A stretch of DNA of 61,968 bases, filler included, from Candidatus Desantisbacteria bacterium CG1_02_49_89 (GTDB taxonomy: Bacteria > Desantisbacteria > UBA1551): NCBI GenBank assembly GCA_001871075.1. It is 6 parts of 6 records of this genome, joined end to end, with 100 filler letters (N's around TTAATTAATTAA, not from the genome) between each part and the next. Parts side by side here need not be neighbours in the genome. Positions count along the whole stretch, not along the records: positions 26,437 to 44,748 come from MNUP01000078.1; positions 44,849 to 51,098 come from MNUP01000096.1; 4 more parts are not named here. One strand, written 5' to 3'. The notes beneath the pieces were generated by a model, which saw only the letters and a list, made by a program, of their open reading frames with translations, was not told the DNA's origin and did not search any database. Shown here one piece after another: positions 37,863 to 48,700 of the stretch (position 1 is the first letter of the stretch; every line of letters begins with the position of its first letter). A program made the translations under genes and the position numbers.

Positions 37863-37926
37863 GCTTTTAGTTAAAAGTTGAAATCAGATTTTACTTTTAG
37901 CTTTGAGCTTTCAGCTTTTAGCTAAA

Positions 37927-39723
37927 CTACGGGGCAAGGTAATCTTTTAAAATCCTGCTTCTTGCCGGATGCTTCAGTTTCCTCAGGGCTTTGGATTCTA
38001 TCTGCCTTATCCTTTCCCGCGTTACGTTGAATATGCGCCCGACCTCTTCAAGCGTATGCCTGTACCCATCCTTGCCAAGGCCGAAACGCAGTTTCAAGAT
38101 TTCTTTCTCTTTAAAGCTCAAGGTATCCAGAACGGAAAGCAGTTTTTCGCGGCACATGGACGAGATAACCATGTTGGACGGCGCTTCCACGTTCTTGTTC
38201 TCAATAAAATCAGCAAGGTGGGCGTCATCCCTTTCCCTGATGGGAGTCTCGAGCGAGATCGGCTCCTGGACGATCCTCAGCACCCTCCTGACCTTGCGCA
38301 GCGGCAGGTGAACCTCTTTAGAAATTTCCTCGGGTGAAGGCTTCCTTCTCAGGCTCTGGACCAGGTTCCTCGAAGCGTGTATTATCCGGTTTATCTGTTC
38401 TATCATGTGCACGGGCACCCTTATGGTCCTGGACTGGTCCGCAAGAGCGCGCGTTATTGTCTGCCTGATCCACCATGTTGCATAGGTGCTGAACCTTCCC
38501 TTCTTGTAACTGTATCTGTCAACTGCCTTAATAAGACCGATATTCCCTTCCTGTATAAGATCCAGGAACGAAAGACCGCGGTTCATGTAATTCTTGGCGA
38601 TGCTGACGACAAGCCTGAGGTTGGCGGTGATCAACCTGTCCCTGCAGTCATTTATCGTCTTTTCTTCTTTTGAAATAAGCCTGCTGGTCTTTTTAAGCTC
38701 CTCTGTCTTCATCTTGGCTTTTCTTTCCATGCCGGAAATTTTACGTTCCAGCGATCTGATCCTGGAAACCAGCAATTTTTTTCTCTTCTTTATTTCGGGC
38801 TTCCTGCTCTCTTTCGGCCCAAAGGCGTTCAGCCTGCTCATAAGGCTGTGCCTTTCGGAATTCATTTTATCGATTTTCCCGCAGAGGTCAGTAAAAATCC
38901 CCGAGACCCTGGTAATAAACTCGCTGGATATGTTCGCACCGAGTATCCAGGAACTTATCTTCGGCATATCTTTCTTTTTCCTGTTCATTTCCCTTGCCAC
39001 GGCTGACATATCTTCTTTTACTTTTTTTTCATCTTCAAGAAATGCGCGGCCGTCGTTCTGTATCAGTTCCGATATTTCCAATTCATCATTATTAATGCTG
39101 TTAAAAAAAATCTTCAGTTCTACAAAACCGACCTCGCTAAGCAGCGTAAGCTCCTTGATTTTCCTTTTGCTCTCCTCCGTGTCTTTTGCTATTCCTTCTT
39201 CTTCTTCGGGATTCAACAGGGATGTCTGGCCCATCCTGCCCAGATACATCTTGATCGCGTCCAGCGGTTCGGTGAATTCCTCTTTTTGCGCGGCTTCCTT
39301 TGCCGGCTCGGTTGTTTCTCCGGGGATCTCGGGCTCCGCGGGCTCCGCGGCCTGGGCATCCTTGGCCGCATCGACAATTTTAATGTTCTTATCTTTCAAC
39401 ACAACAAAGATGTTGTCTATATCCTCCGGATCAACTATGTCGGAGGGAAGTATTTCGTTTATTTCCTCGTAAGACAACTGGCCTTTCTGCTTGCCCTTGG
39501 CAAGCAGCTGTTTCAAGCCGGACGCTATAAGGTTTTTGCCCTGCGCGTGAGTCGCCCTGCTGCTTCCTTTTTCGATCCTGGCTTTTATTGCTTTAGGCTT
39601 TGGCCGGGGCGCCAACTTTTTCTTCTTCATGATCCCGTGTTTTTGCCTGTGTGTGGTTTTTCTGTCAGGTTTCCGGCTTACGCTCTTTTTCACGTGTTTC
39701 ATTCTTTTTTTTCCGATAGGCAT
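37927..39723 (-). CDS. rpoD: Primary sigma factor sigma70
   Basis: Region 1.1 [49 protein letters not shown]...[10 protein letters not shown]. Confidence 0.97.
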   Translation of the reverse strand: MPIGKKRMKHVKKSVSRKPDRKTTHRQKHGIMKKKKLAPRPKPKAIKARIEKGSSRATHAQGKNLIASGLKQLLAKGKQKGQLSYEEINEILPSDIVDPEDIDNIFVVLKDKNIKIVDAAKDAQAAEPAEPEIPGETTEPAKEAAQKEEFTEPLDAIKMYLGRMGQTSLLNPEEEEGIAKDTEESKRKIKELTLLSEVGFVELKIFFNSINNDELEISELIQNDGRAFLEDEKKVKEDMSAVAREMNRKKKDMPKISSWILGANISSEFITRVSGIFTDLCGKIDKMNSERHSLMSRLNAFGPKESRKPEIKKRKKLLVSRIRSLERKISGMERKAKMKTEELKKTSRLISKEEKTINDCRDRLITANLRLVVSIAKNYMNRGLSFLDLIQEGNIGLIKAVDRYSYKKGRFSTYATWWIRQTITRALADQSRTIRVPVHMIEQINRIIHASRNLVQSLRRKPSPEEISKEVHLPLRKVRRVLRIVQEPISLETPIRERDDAHLADFIENKNVEAPSNMVISSMCREKLLSVLDTLSFKEKEILKLRFGLGKDGYRHTLEEVGRIFNVTRERIRQIESKALRKLKHPARSRILKDYLAP

Positions 39724-41535
39724 TTAATTAAATCTCCCCGAATTAACGGCACGGTGGTCCTTTTCCAGTTCCTGGTACTGCAGAAGAAGCACCTGCAGTT
39801 TTTCCGCGCTCTTTTCCTTTTCTGCCTGCCTTATTTCTTTTTCTATCGTCTTTTTCCTTTTAATGAACTTTCCTTCCCTGATCTTCCTCACGCAGTCTCC
39901 CAGCATCCTTTCCCTGTCAGACTGCTTCCCGGACCCCTCATCCTCAAATATACCCAGCTCGTCCTGCAGGGAGAGCATTGAGGCTATTCCCGCAAGCTTC
40001 TCGTCACCAAGACAATCCATCAGCACCTTGAAATCCACACGCCCGCTTTCTTCGAATATCCTGAATATATTATCCACTATCTTCTTGTATCCGGGATTCT
40101 CGAAATCCTCCAGCTCCAGATTTTTCCTGATCACTGGAATAAACGAGCTGTCGCCCAGCATCAGCCTGACTATCATTGACTCTGCCTTTGCCATATCGCT
40201 TAATCCGGTTGTTTCCGTAACCGATTTTTTTGTAAAATCGCGCTCCGAGAATGCCTGCAGGATCCGGTCGTATTCAGCGTAAACATATTTTTCCAGAAGT
40301 TCGAGTTCTTCAGCCAGCTTCTTGAGATAAATGCTCTTTTTCACCTCGTTCTTCAGCTTTCCTATTACCGGAAGCAGTTCCGCGACTATCTTCTGCTTGC
40401 CTTCATTGGTATTCCTGTCGAGTTTCGAAAAAACCCTTCTGAAATGATAATCCATAAGCGGCAGGGCACCTTCAGCGAGTTTTGCGAATGCGTCCTTCCC
40501 GTATTCCCTGATATAACTGTCAGGGTCGCCCGAGGGAAGCACGAGTATCCTTGGCTCAACATCCCTTTCGACCAGAAGGTCCAGGCCTCTCATGGTAGCC
40601 GCTTCCCCGGCAGTATCGGCATCATAGCATATTATCGGCCTTTCAGCATATCTCCTTAAGAGAGAGATCTGGCTGTCGGTCAGGGCGGTACCCAGGGATG
40701 CAACCGCATTTTCTACGCCGTTCTGATAGAGCATGAGAAAATCCATATAGCCCTCGACTATGATCGCCTCGCCTGTCCTGCGGATCCCCTCTTTGGTAAC
40801 ATTCATCCCGTAAAGTACCCTGCCCTTGCTGAATACCTGTGTTTCGGCTGTGTTAAGGTATTTCGGCTCTCCTTCCTCCAGGATCCTTCCGCCAAATCCC
40901 AGAACCTTCTGCCTGAGGTCGAATATAGGGAACATCAGGCGCCTGCGGAAATAGTCCTGCGGATGGCCCTGGTATTCTCCCGATGCAGCCAGGCCCGCCT
41001 CCCTCAACTGGCTTATGTGCGTTCCGCTCCCGGTGAGCTCTTTGACCAGATAACCGCCTCCCGGCGCATATCCTATTTTGAATTTTTCAATTATTTCTTT
41101 TGCAAGACCCCGCTTATCAAGGTAGCTCCTGACTTTCCTGTTCTCTTCCCGCAAAAGGCATGTATGGTAGATCTCTGCCGCTTTTTCGTTTATCTCGAAA
41201 AGCGTTTCCTTCTTTTTGGCGCTTTCGGTCTCATATTCAGAAGTGACAATGGCAACATTCAGTTTTTGGCCAAGCGATCTGACGGCTTCCGGGAACGGCA
41301 TGTTCTCCATTTTCATTACAAGATTTATTACATTCCCCCCTGCGCCGCACCCGAAACAGTGGAAGATCTGCTTGTCAGGGCTTATGACGAATGATGGTGT
41401 TTTTTCCTGATGGAAAGGACAAAGCGCTTTAAAATTCCTGCCTGCCTTTGTCAGCTTGAAATATCCCGAGGCTACCTCGACAATATCAGCCCCTTCTCTT
41501 ATCTTCTCAATAACGCTTTCAGGTATCTGGGCCAT
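39724..41535 (-). CDS. dnaG: DNA primase
   Basis: CPFHQEKTPSF zinc finger, KYLNTAET, IIVEGYMD, YDADTAG TOPRIM. Confidence 0.98.
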   Translation of the reverse strand: MAQIPESVIEKIREGADIVEVASGYFKLTKAGRNFKALCPFHQEKTPSFVISPDKQIFHCFGCGAGGNVINLVMKMENMPFPEAVRSLGQKLNVAIVTSEYETESAKKKETLFEINEKAAEIYHTCLLREENRKVRSYLDKRGLAKEIIEKFKIGYAPGGGYLVKELTGSGTHISQLREAGLAASGEYQGHPQDYFRRRLMFPIFDLRQKVLGFGGRILEEGEPKYLNTAETQVFSKGRVLYGMNVTKEGIRRTGEAIIVEGYMDFLMLYQNGVENAVASLGTALTDSQISLLRRYAERPIICYDADTAGEAATMRGLDLLVERDVEPRILVLPSGDPDSYIREYGKDAFAKLAEGALPLMDYHFRRVFSKLDRNTNEGKQKIVAELLPVIGKLKNEVKKSIYLKKLAEELELLEKYVYAEYDRILQAFSERDFTKKSVTETTGLSDMAKAESMIVRLMLGDSSFIPVIRKNLELEDFENPGYKKIVDNIFRIFEESGRVDFKVLMDCLGDEKLAGIASMLSLQDELGIFEDEGSGKQSDRERMLGDCVRKIREGKFIKRKKTIEKEIRQAEKEKSAEKLQVLLLQYQELEKDHRAVNSGRFN

Positions 41536-41540
41536 AACTT

Positions 41541-42248
41541 TTAGTTTGCTGGTTTGCTGGTTTTCCGGTTCCCTGGTTTATAGCAAGCTAACCGGCTAAC
41601 TGGCCAACCAGCGGATTTTTTCAGAAGCTTATCGATATGTTTTTTTATCATTGCGAACGTGCGTTCAGCGGGAGAAACAACCTTGACGATCTTTATCCTG
41701 CCGGGTTCCCTGCGCGCAAGGCTCAGGTAGCCGTTCCTGACCTTTCTGTGGAAAGAGATCCTCTCCTCTTCTATCCTGTCCCTGATATTTTTGCTTTTTG
41801 CCCTCAGCAGCCCCGATTTTATATCGGGGCCAAGATCAAGGCATATCGTAAGGTCAGGCCTGATGCCTGCGGTTACGCTGCGGTTAAGTACGTCTATCAA
41901 GCTTGCGCTGATCCCCCTGCCAAAACCCTGGTAGGCAACAGTGGCATCCGTAAACCTGTCGGTTACCACAGCCCTGCCTTTTTTATTGAGCGCGGGGATC
42001 ACTACCTGCCTTATATGCTGCGCCCTGTCCGCCATATAAAGAAAAAGCTCGGTATATGCATCGATCTCTTTATTTGAAGGATCAAGTAGTATTTTTCGTA
42101 TGCTTCTGCCGATCCTTGTACCGCCGGGCTCAAAGGTCAGAAGAACGCTGTATCCGCGGGCCTGAAGGTAATCCCTGATCAATCCTGTTTGCGTTGTTTT
42201 GCCCGTTCCTTCCCCGCCCTCTATGCTAATAAATATTCCACGCTTCAT
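41541..42248 (-). CDS. tmk: Thymidylate kinase
   Basis: FISIEGGEGTGKTTQ, EPGGT, DRFTDATVAYQGFGRG. Confidence 0.96.
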   Translation of the reverse strand: MKRGIFISIEGGEGTGKTTQTGLIRDYLQARGYSVLLTFEPGGTRIGRSIRKILLDPSNKEIDAYTELFLYMADRAQHIRQVVIPALNKKGRAVVTDRFTDATVAYQGFGRGISASLIDVLNRSVTAGIRPDLTICLDLGPDIKSGLLRAKSKNIRDRIEEERISFHRKVRNGYLSLARREPGRIKIVKVVSPAERTFAMIKKHIDKLLKKSAGWPVSRLACYKPGNRKTSKPAN

Positions 42249-42305
42249 AAAATAGTCCATAACAAAGTTGCAAGTGACCAGATGAAATATGTCCCAAAGG
42301 GATCC

Positions 42306-43274
42306 CTAGCATCTTGCCCCTTGTATTTTAGTCAGTATTTTCGACCACCATCTTTTATTATCCGCGTACCATTTCACTGTTTTTGCCAGGCCTTCCCTGA
42401 AACTTGTCCTGGGCGCCCACCCAAGCTTCCTGACCTTTTCCGAGTCTATAGAATATCTGCGGTCATGGCCAGGCCTATCCTTGACAAAATTTATCAGCTC
42501 TTCACCCCTGCCAAGTTCTTTCAGTATCATCCTGCAGGTATCTATGTTCTTTTTTTCGTTCCCGCCGCCGATATTGTAAATTTCTCCGGGAACGCCTTTT
42601 TGCATTACGGCATCGATCGCCTCACAGTTATCTGCCACGTAAATCCAGTCCCTTACGTTCTTGCCATCGCCGTAAACAGGGATCTTTTTATCCTGCATGG
42701 CATTCAGAATAACAGTGGGCATGAATTTTTCCGGGTGCTGGAACGGGCCGAAATTATTTGAGCTGCGTGTAATAATAACGGGAAAGCCGTATGTTATACA
42801 ATATGACCGGCACAGCATGTCAGAGCTCGCTTTGCTCGCTGAATAAGGGCTGTTAGGCGCAAGTGGGCTTTCTTCCGTGAATGAACCCTTTTCTGTGGAG
42901 CCGTAAACCTCGTCTGTGCTTATCTGGATGAATTTTTTTACCCCTCGTTTCTTTGCTTCCTCGAGAAGAGTGTATGTTCCCAGCACGTCTGTTTTTACAA
43001 AAACCCCCGCATCCGTGATAGACCTGTCTACGTGGGTCTCGGCTGCGAAATTTATCACAGTTCCGCAGCCTGCCATAGCTTCTGCAACGGCTTTCCTATC
43101 GCAGATATCCCCTTTAATAAATATTATATTGTGTATTATATCTGACAAATTATCAAGATTGCCCGCATATGTCAAATTATCTAATATTAATATTTTATTA
43201 GAGTATTTGCTTAATATATAATGGACGAAGTTGCTACCGATGAACCCGGCTCCGCCTGTTACCAGAATTTTCAT
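42306..43274 (-). CDS. rfbB: dTDP-glucose 4,6-dehydratase
   Basis: TGGAGFIGSNF, AAETHVDRSI, STDEVYG, PYSASKA, DRPGHDRRY. Confidence 0.96.
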   Translation of the reverse strand: MKILVTGGAGFIGSNFVHYILSKYSNKILILDNLTYAGNLDNLSDIIHNIIFIKGDICDRKAVAEAMAGCGTVINFAAETHVDRSITDAGVFVKTDVLGTYTLLEEAKKRGVKKFIQISTDEVYGSTEKGSFTEESPLAPNSPYSASKASSDMLCRSYCITYGFPVIITRSSNNFGPFQHPEKFMPTVILNAMQDKKIPVYGDGKNVRDWIYVADNCEAIDAVMQKGVPGEIYNIGGGNEKKNIDTCRMILKELGRGEELINFVKDRPGHDRRYSIDSEKVRKLGWAPRTSFREGLAKTVKWYADNKRWWSKILTKIQGARC

Positions 43275-43421
43275 TCATCCCTCTTGCATAGTGAAGCTTG
43301 TTTTTTCCCGCTGCTACCGCCTTTTTAGTATAATTGTATATATTATATGCATTTTAGGCAAAAAGTCAAGGATTTTTTCCTGTTTTTTCTGTTATGTGCG
43401 TGTCCCTAATAAGCGCGTATG

Positions 43422-43703
43422 TCAGAATTGCTTCAATATGCGTTCAAGATACTTTCTCAAAATAACACGCAAAATAATCAATGAATCCTTATTAAGTTGT
43501 CTATAAATTGTTCTATAAACACCGCTTCTGAGACGCCAAAAAGCACCGTTTTTACCGCGGATTTTTTTGCCTTTTGGTGGCCTTGGGAAAGGTTCTTTTT
43601 GAAGATTTTTGATGTCAAAGATGATATTCCCATAATCTTTAGGTTTTTCTATCTTAATTTCATCCAGTTCGTCCTGCGCTGTTTTAGTCAAAAATATCTT
43701 CAT
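43422..43703 (-). CDS. RelE/ParE-family toxin
   Basis: IFLTKTAQDEL...PRPPKGKKI...WRLRSGVYRTIY. Confidence 0.85.
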   Translation of the reverse strand: MKIFLTKTAQDELDEIKIEKPKDYGNIIFDIKNLQKEPFPRPPKGKKIRGKNGAFWRLRSGVYRTIYRQLNKDSLIILRVILRKYLERILKQF

Positions 43704-43955
43704 TTAAACCCTTTCACCTTTTAGATAATTTTCAACTGAGATAATTTTGCCGGCTGATATATCTTTTTCTGCTTCTTTTAAGAGCTTATTAATGTGTGGG
43801 CTATTTGCAATAATAAAATCTTCCACACCCATGTCGCTGGAAAACGGTATAATGCCAAAGCAAGGTTTGCCTCTTCTGGTTATTATCATTGGCTTTTTTT
43901 GCAACGCAATTTTGGGAAAATTCAGTCTTATATCCCTGACCGTTACGGTTTCCAT
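43704..43955 (-). CDS. Phd/YefM-family antitoxin
   Basis: TVTVRDIRLNF...PMIITRRGKP; abuts the toxin gene. Confidence 0.82.
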   Translation of the reverse strand: METVTVRDIRLNFPKIALQKKPMIITRRGKPCFGIIPFSSDMGVEDFIIANSPHINKLLKEAEKDISAGKIISVENYLKGERV

Positions 43956-43974
43956 ATTTTATACCTCCCTTTTA

Positions 43975-44024
43975 TGTTTCACCGATGTTTCACATATTAT
44001 AACACAAAAAAATGATTATGTCAA
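43975..44024 (-). promoter_or_regulatory. TA promoter with possible direct-repeat operator
   Basis: TTGACA-N17-TATAAT (44024-43996) followed by GTGAAACA twice. Confidence 0.7.
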
Positions 44025-44058
44025 GAAAAAATGCATTAGAATGTAAAAATCGACAAAT

Positions 44059-44085
44059 AAAAAAAGGTCCTCGTTTTGAGGACCC
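44059..44085 (-). terminator. Intrinsic terminator after the PorV-like fragment
   Basis: ggtcctc-aaaac-gaggacc then T7 on minus strand. Confidence 0.75.
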
Positions 44086-44172
44086 GATTTCTCCGGGCAT
44101 TCACTCGGCTGCGTTAGAATTTCGCAATGAGCGAAATTCGGCCCGCCACCACGAATTTGGCGGATCTTCATC

Positions 44173-44580
44173 TTAGAACTTGGCAATAATCGATATTCGA
44201 TGTGAGTAACCTAAATCCCCGTAAGGAACGAGGGCATAATCTATGTCCAAAATACCGATCTTGAAGCCAACGCCGCAGGTTAGGCCGGCAAGCGCTCCCA
44301 GGGTGTTGTTTATCGCGCTGTTATACTTGTATCCTGCCCTTATGGCAAGCACGGGATGGACCCAGTATTCTATACCTGCTCCCACAGCCCAGATGGAATC
44401 AAGGATAGAGTAATTCAGGTCAACAGCAAGAGTAAGTTTGCTGTCAGTAGATTTATTGGCAATACCTGCTTTTAGGTTCATAGGCAGAGGGCTTGCCTCT
44501 AAAATAAACGGGGCTTCGTAGCCTATATTCTGCAGGGCAAGGCCCATAACCAAGCCTTCCTTGTTCAGTTTATACTGATA
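44173..44580 (-). pseudogene. 5'-truncated PorV/PorQ-family outer-membrane protein
   Basis: YQYKLNKEGLVMGLALQNIG...LPMNLKAG...AIRAGY...DYALVPYGDLGYSHRISIIAKF* parallels the C-half of 60694-61638; upstream is AT-rich with an in-frame stop. Confidence 0.7.
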
Positions 44581-44860
44581 GAATGAAGGGGATTTTGGGT
44601 TAAATGATATGAAAGATGCGTAGATGAAAAGTTATAAGTTGATGTGAAGGAGATGGGTGGCGTATGGTTTAGTAAGTTGTCTTATTGGGCTACAATAAAA
44701 AACCCGTTCTGTTTTTTAGAACGGGTCTATAAATACCGCCTGAATGAANNNNNNNNNNNNNNNNNNNNNNNNNNNNNNNNNNNNNNNNNNNNTTAATTAA
44801 TTAANNNNNNNNNNNNNNNNNNNNNNNNNNNNNNNNNNNNNNNNNNNNGTGGTTTTTTCC

Positions 44861-45196
44861 TGTGCGGAAATAATCAAAAGGTCACATTGGGAACAATCAA
44901 AGTGTCACATAGCCGGGGGAAAATTATTTAGGCTGGCTGGTTTAAAAATCAGGTAATAATCACCCTCTCCTTTATCCTCTCCCCTCGAGGGAGAGGGGTA
45001 GGGTGAGGGGGGTGGGTACTCTCGAAGGCAGAACCTGGAAAGTAGGACGATTTCCAGAACAGGAAGTAACCGTGGGTCTTATCCCCAACAGAAAGATTAT
45101 TGTTTTAAAGGATGAGCAGAAAATTGGAGAGTTCCATCTTTAATTAATGTTCGGTTTTAAGGTTCCCAAATGTCCGCTTTTGAATGTTGCGGAACA
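44861..45196 (+). mobile_element. Internally deleted IS remnant with TGT...ACA ends (IS481/ISNCY-like)
   Basis: Imperfect TIRs TGTGCGGAAATAATCAAAAGGTCACATTGGGAAC vs TGTTCCGCAACATTCAAAAGCGGACATTTGGGAAC; residual tail EGRTWKVGRFPEQEVTVGLIPNRKIIVLKDEQKIGEFHL*. Confidence 0.6.
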
Positions 45197-45212
45197 AATT
45201 CTTAAAATTCCC

Positions 45213-45241
45213 TTGACATTTATGTTGAAATATGTTATAAT
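45213..45241 (+). promoter_or_regulatory. Consensus sigma70 promoter (distal)
   Basis: TTGACA-N17-TATAAT with TG extension. Confidence 0.8.
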
Positions 45242-45260
45242 AAAAGTATAAAATTAGTTT

Positions 45261-45395
45261 AGTAAAATGCGGATCCCGGGAAACCGGTGATTGCGCGAAA
45301 ACTGATTCTAAAGCCGATAAGGTAATGAATCCAGGGCAAAAGAAAGCCTTATAAACCCGCTCTGGATACTCTGTTCCGGAACGGGTTATTTTTTT
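45261..45395 (+). ncRNA. Candidate riboswitch or sRNA with intrinsic terminator
   Basis: CCGG-GAAA-CCGG hairpin; second stem with CTAAA.../AATG receptor-like loop; terminator 45354-45395; alternative pairing ATCCAGGG/CTCTGGAT. Confidence 0.55.
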
Positions 45396-45656
45396 GAAGA
45401 AGATTACGGTGATTATAAAAGCGATTACGGTGATTATTTAAATGACGAATTACGGCGATTTTTAAAGAGATTACCCCCTGCTGTCCCGATTTCATATCGG
45501 GACAAAACGCGGGGATCCTTTAGGGACAGTGATTATTTAAACGACGAATTTCAGTGATTAATAAAGAAAACAGGTAAAAATTGTTTAGGCAGAAATCACT
45601 GTAATCATCAGTTAATAATCACCGTAATCAAAAACATTAAAATATTAAGGATTTAC

Positions 45657-45684
45657 TTGACAAATACCTAAAATTTTATATAAT
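45657..45684 (+). promoter_or_regulatory. Sigma70 promoter (proximal) for the giant surface protein
   Basis: TTGACA-N16-TATAAT. Confidence 0.7.
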
Positions 45685-45765
45685 ATATTAGATATGTTAT
45701 ATTTGAATTACCCCGCGGCAAGCCGCGGGGGGTTAAATCATATTTTTGCTAAACAATAGGGCAAT

Positions 45766-48700
45766 ATGAAAACAGGGTTTAGTAAGGGCATTTTGGGCTT
45801 AAAAATATACTATTTTGCGCTTTCAGCCGGACTGGTTATTTTGCTGTCTGCTTCCACGGGATTCGGGCAGTCCTCTGATATATCCCACGTTGTGGTCACG
45901 CCATCAGCGCCTGCCAATGGAGTCAATACTGCTGTTGCTGTCGCGACAATTTATGATGCAAGCGGCGGGCTGATGAGCGGCCAGTCAGTCCAGTTATCCA
46001 CTACAAGAGGCGCAACCCTGGATACCATTACACCCAGCGGAACGCAGTTGACCGATGGAAACGGCCAGTGCACTTTTACCATCAAATCGTCCAGTTTCGG
46101 GCCTGATACCGACGTATACGCAAAAATTGGCGGCACCAATATTCTACACAACCTCGTTAAGAATCCTTCTTTTGAAGCAGGCACATATGCTATCGGCGGT
46201 TCTCCGGCAAACTGGACGAAAGTCGTTGTAACTGCAACCGATACTCCCGCATTTACCTGGGACAATACTGACAGGAAATTCGGGTCAAAATCCGTTACAA
46301 TCCAGGCAACTGCTTCTCAGGAAGGATACTGGAAGAGCGGCACAATATCTGTCTCGGCAAATACCACATACCGTGTTTCTTTATGGCTGAAAAGCACAAA
46401 TGCTTCACTTGGCCCCGCAACATTAGTAATAAACGACTACGCTGAGGCATGGTCCCTTCCAAAAAACACTTCCTGGAGCTATTGGCCGTCATCCCCGTTC
46501 ACTTTCACCACACAATCAGAGTCCTTGTATATCCAGCTCAGACTGGGGTATGCGGACGGGCAGAAAGTATTTTTTGACGATATCAAGCTTGAAAGACTGC
46601 CCAACCTGAGTTTTTATCCCACCTATCTCAAGATAATTACGTCTCCCCAGGCAATTTCAAAAGATGCCCCTTCGAATCCCATAAAGGTAGTGGCGCAGGA
46701 TGCCGGGGGCAGCAGCGATCCTCTCTTTGCCGAACCGGTGACGCTCAGCACTTCCTCAGCGTCAGGCCAATTCTCCGCAACCAACACACCATGGAATCCT
46801 GTGACACAAATATCCCCTTTAAATGGGGTAGGGACATTCTATTACAAGGATTCCGCGATAGCGGTCCATACTATTACAGTCACGCGTTCCGGGATGACCT
46901 CTGATTCACAAAACATCGAGGTAAAACAAGGCCCGATAAAATTACGTCTGGACATCCCGATATCAGTAACTGCAGGCTCCCCGCAGTTTATAACAATCAT
47001 AGCCGAAGATACCGATGGTTTCCCGCAATCGTATTTTGGCAGCGTTGTAGTGTCGTCCAGTTCTTCGCACGGTTTCTTCTACGTTAGCAATTGGAGCAGG
47101 ACCAACACTATTACCTTTGCTAATGAAACTCAAAAACAGGTACAATACAGGGATGACAGGGTTGGCAATCCCACCATCTATGCGGCTTGCACAGATCTGA
47201 TCGACGCCTTCCATGCAGACACCGTAACGGAAGCCGCGGTTTCCGCAAACGTTTCTTTCATAGAGTTAAACCGCACTTCTGTTACAGCAAACGGAAATGA
47301 TTATTGTTCCGTGGCAGTAAGGGTGCTGGACGACTACGGCAATCCCGTATCAGGGAAGAATCCTTCTTTAGCCGCGACGCTTGGAACGATAAGCAATCCC
47401 CCTGCTTCAGACGCAAACGGCTGGTGCACAGGCTCAATATCAAGCATGAATTACGGAAAAGCAGAAACAGTCACAGCAACGGTTGATGCAAAAACAATCG
47501 TTCAGAACCTTGTTTACAACCCGTCGCTCGAATACGGCACATCCTATGACCCGGCATCAAATCCGCCAGGGTGGTCGAAATTTTCTGAAGGAGATTCACC
47601 CAATTTCTTCTGGGAAAGGAAAGATTCTGATTGCGGCAAGTATGCCAATACCGGAGGGAAATCCATCTCGATCTACGCACCCCCGGCCACTTCTTCCTAC
47701 GGTTACTGGATGAGTAACGCAGTGCCGGTTGAGGCAGGAACAAGGTATAAGATTGCCTTTTATTACAGGGCTTCAGTTACCGGCGTCTATTTAATCAGGG
47801 TAGAACTCGGAACTCAGGCAAACAATATCTCTGCGTCAACTCTCAACTGGGAATCAGCGAACTGGACATTCCTGGCGTCTGCATCAAGCATAAACATAAA
47901 ACTGAAATTAAGGTCCGGCTACGATGGAAACACAGTATGGTTTGATGATATAGTGCTCCAGCGTGTGCCAAGGTTCCTGTTTACCGCATCAAAACTCGTA
48001 ATAACGTCTTCCGCGAAATCCACAAAGGCGGGAATCCCGACAGACACTATCACCGTCGCTGCAAGAGACGCAAACGGGAACACGGATACAAACTTTAATG
48101 GCGCGATAACTCTCCAGACGACTTCCGGACAGGGCTCATTCTCCGCAAGCAGGGACAACTGGGTATCCATAGGCTCCATAAACCTTTCCGGAGGCATCGG
48201 TTCCTTCTTCTATAAAGACGAAACACCTGACTCGCCCGTAATCATGGTGTCCTGCGCCGGTCTGCAGTCAGACACCCAGATGGAAAATATCAGGACCGCT
48301 GCCGTGAAACTCAAGTTCACGACACTGGCTGCGCCCACGAGAGCGGGCTCCGCAACGCCTATCATAACTATCCAGGCGCAGACAAACGCAGGTAACCCTG
48401 ACCCCAATTTTAACGACAGCGTAACGTTAACAACCACAAGCAACAGCGGCCAGTTCTCAACAGACCAGGTTACGTGGTCTAGTTATGGAGCAAACACTTA
48501 TGTCCTTTTGGCATCCGGGACAAAGAACATCTATTACAAAGATATGAATTTCGGCAGTCCCGTAATAGGGGCAAGCCACTGGGACCTCACAACCGACACG
48601 CAGACGCACACTGTACTGGTCTCAAGGTTCGTCATCACGACCGCGGCGCAGACAGTGAAGGCAGGCACCTCAACCTACGCCATAATGGCGGAGGCGAGGG

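Noticed and set aside
43120-43225. AT-rich patch in the 5' part of rfbB
   Set aside because: Frame and motifs are intact; too short to argue for mosaicism without a composition analysis
44114-44199. Diversity-generating retroelement TR/VR pair
   Set aside because: Only 27 bp, differences are not adenine-specific, and no reverse transcriptase is present
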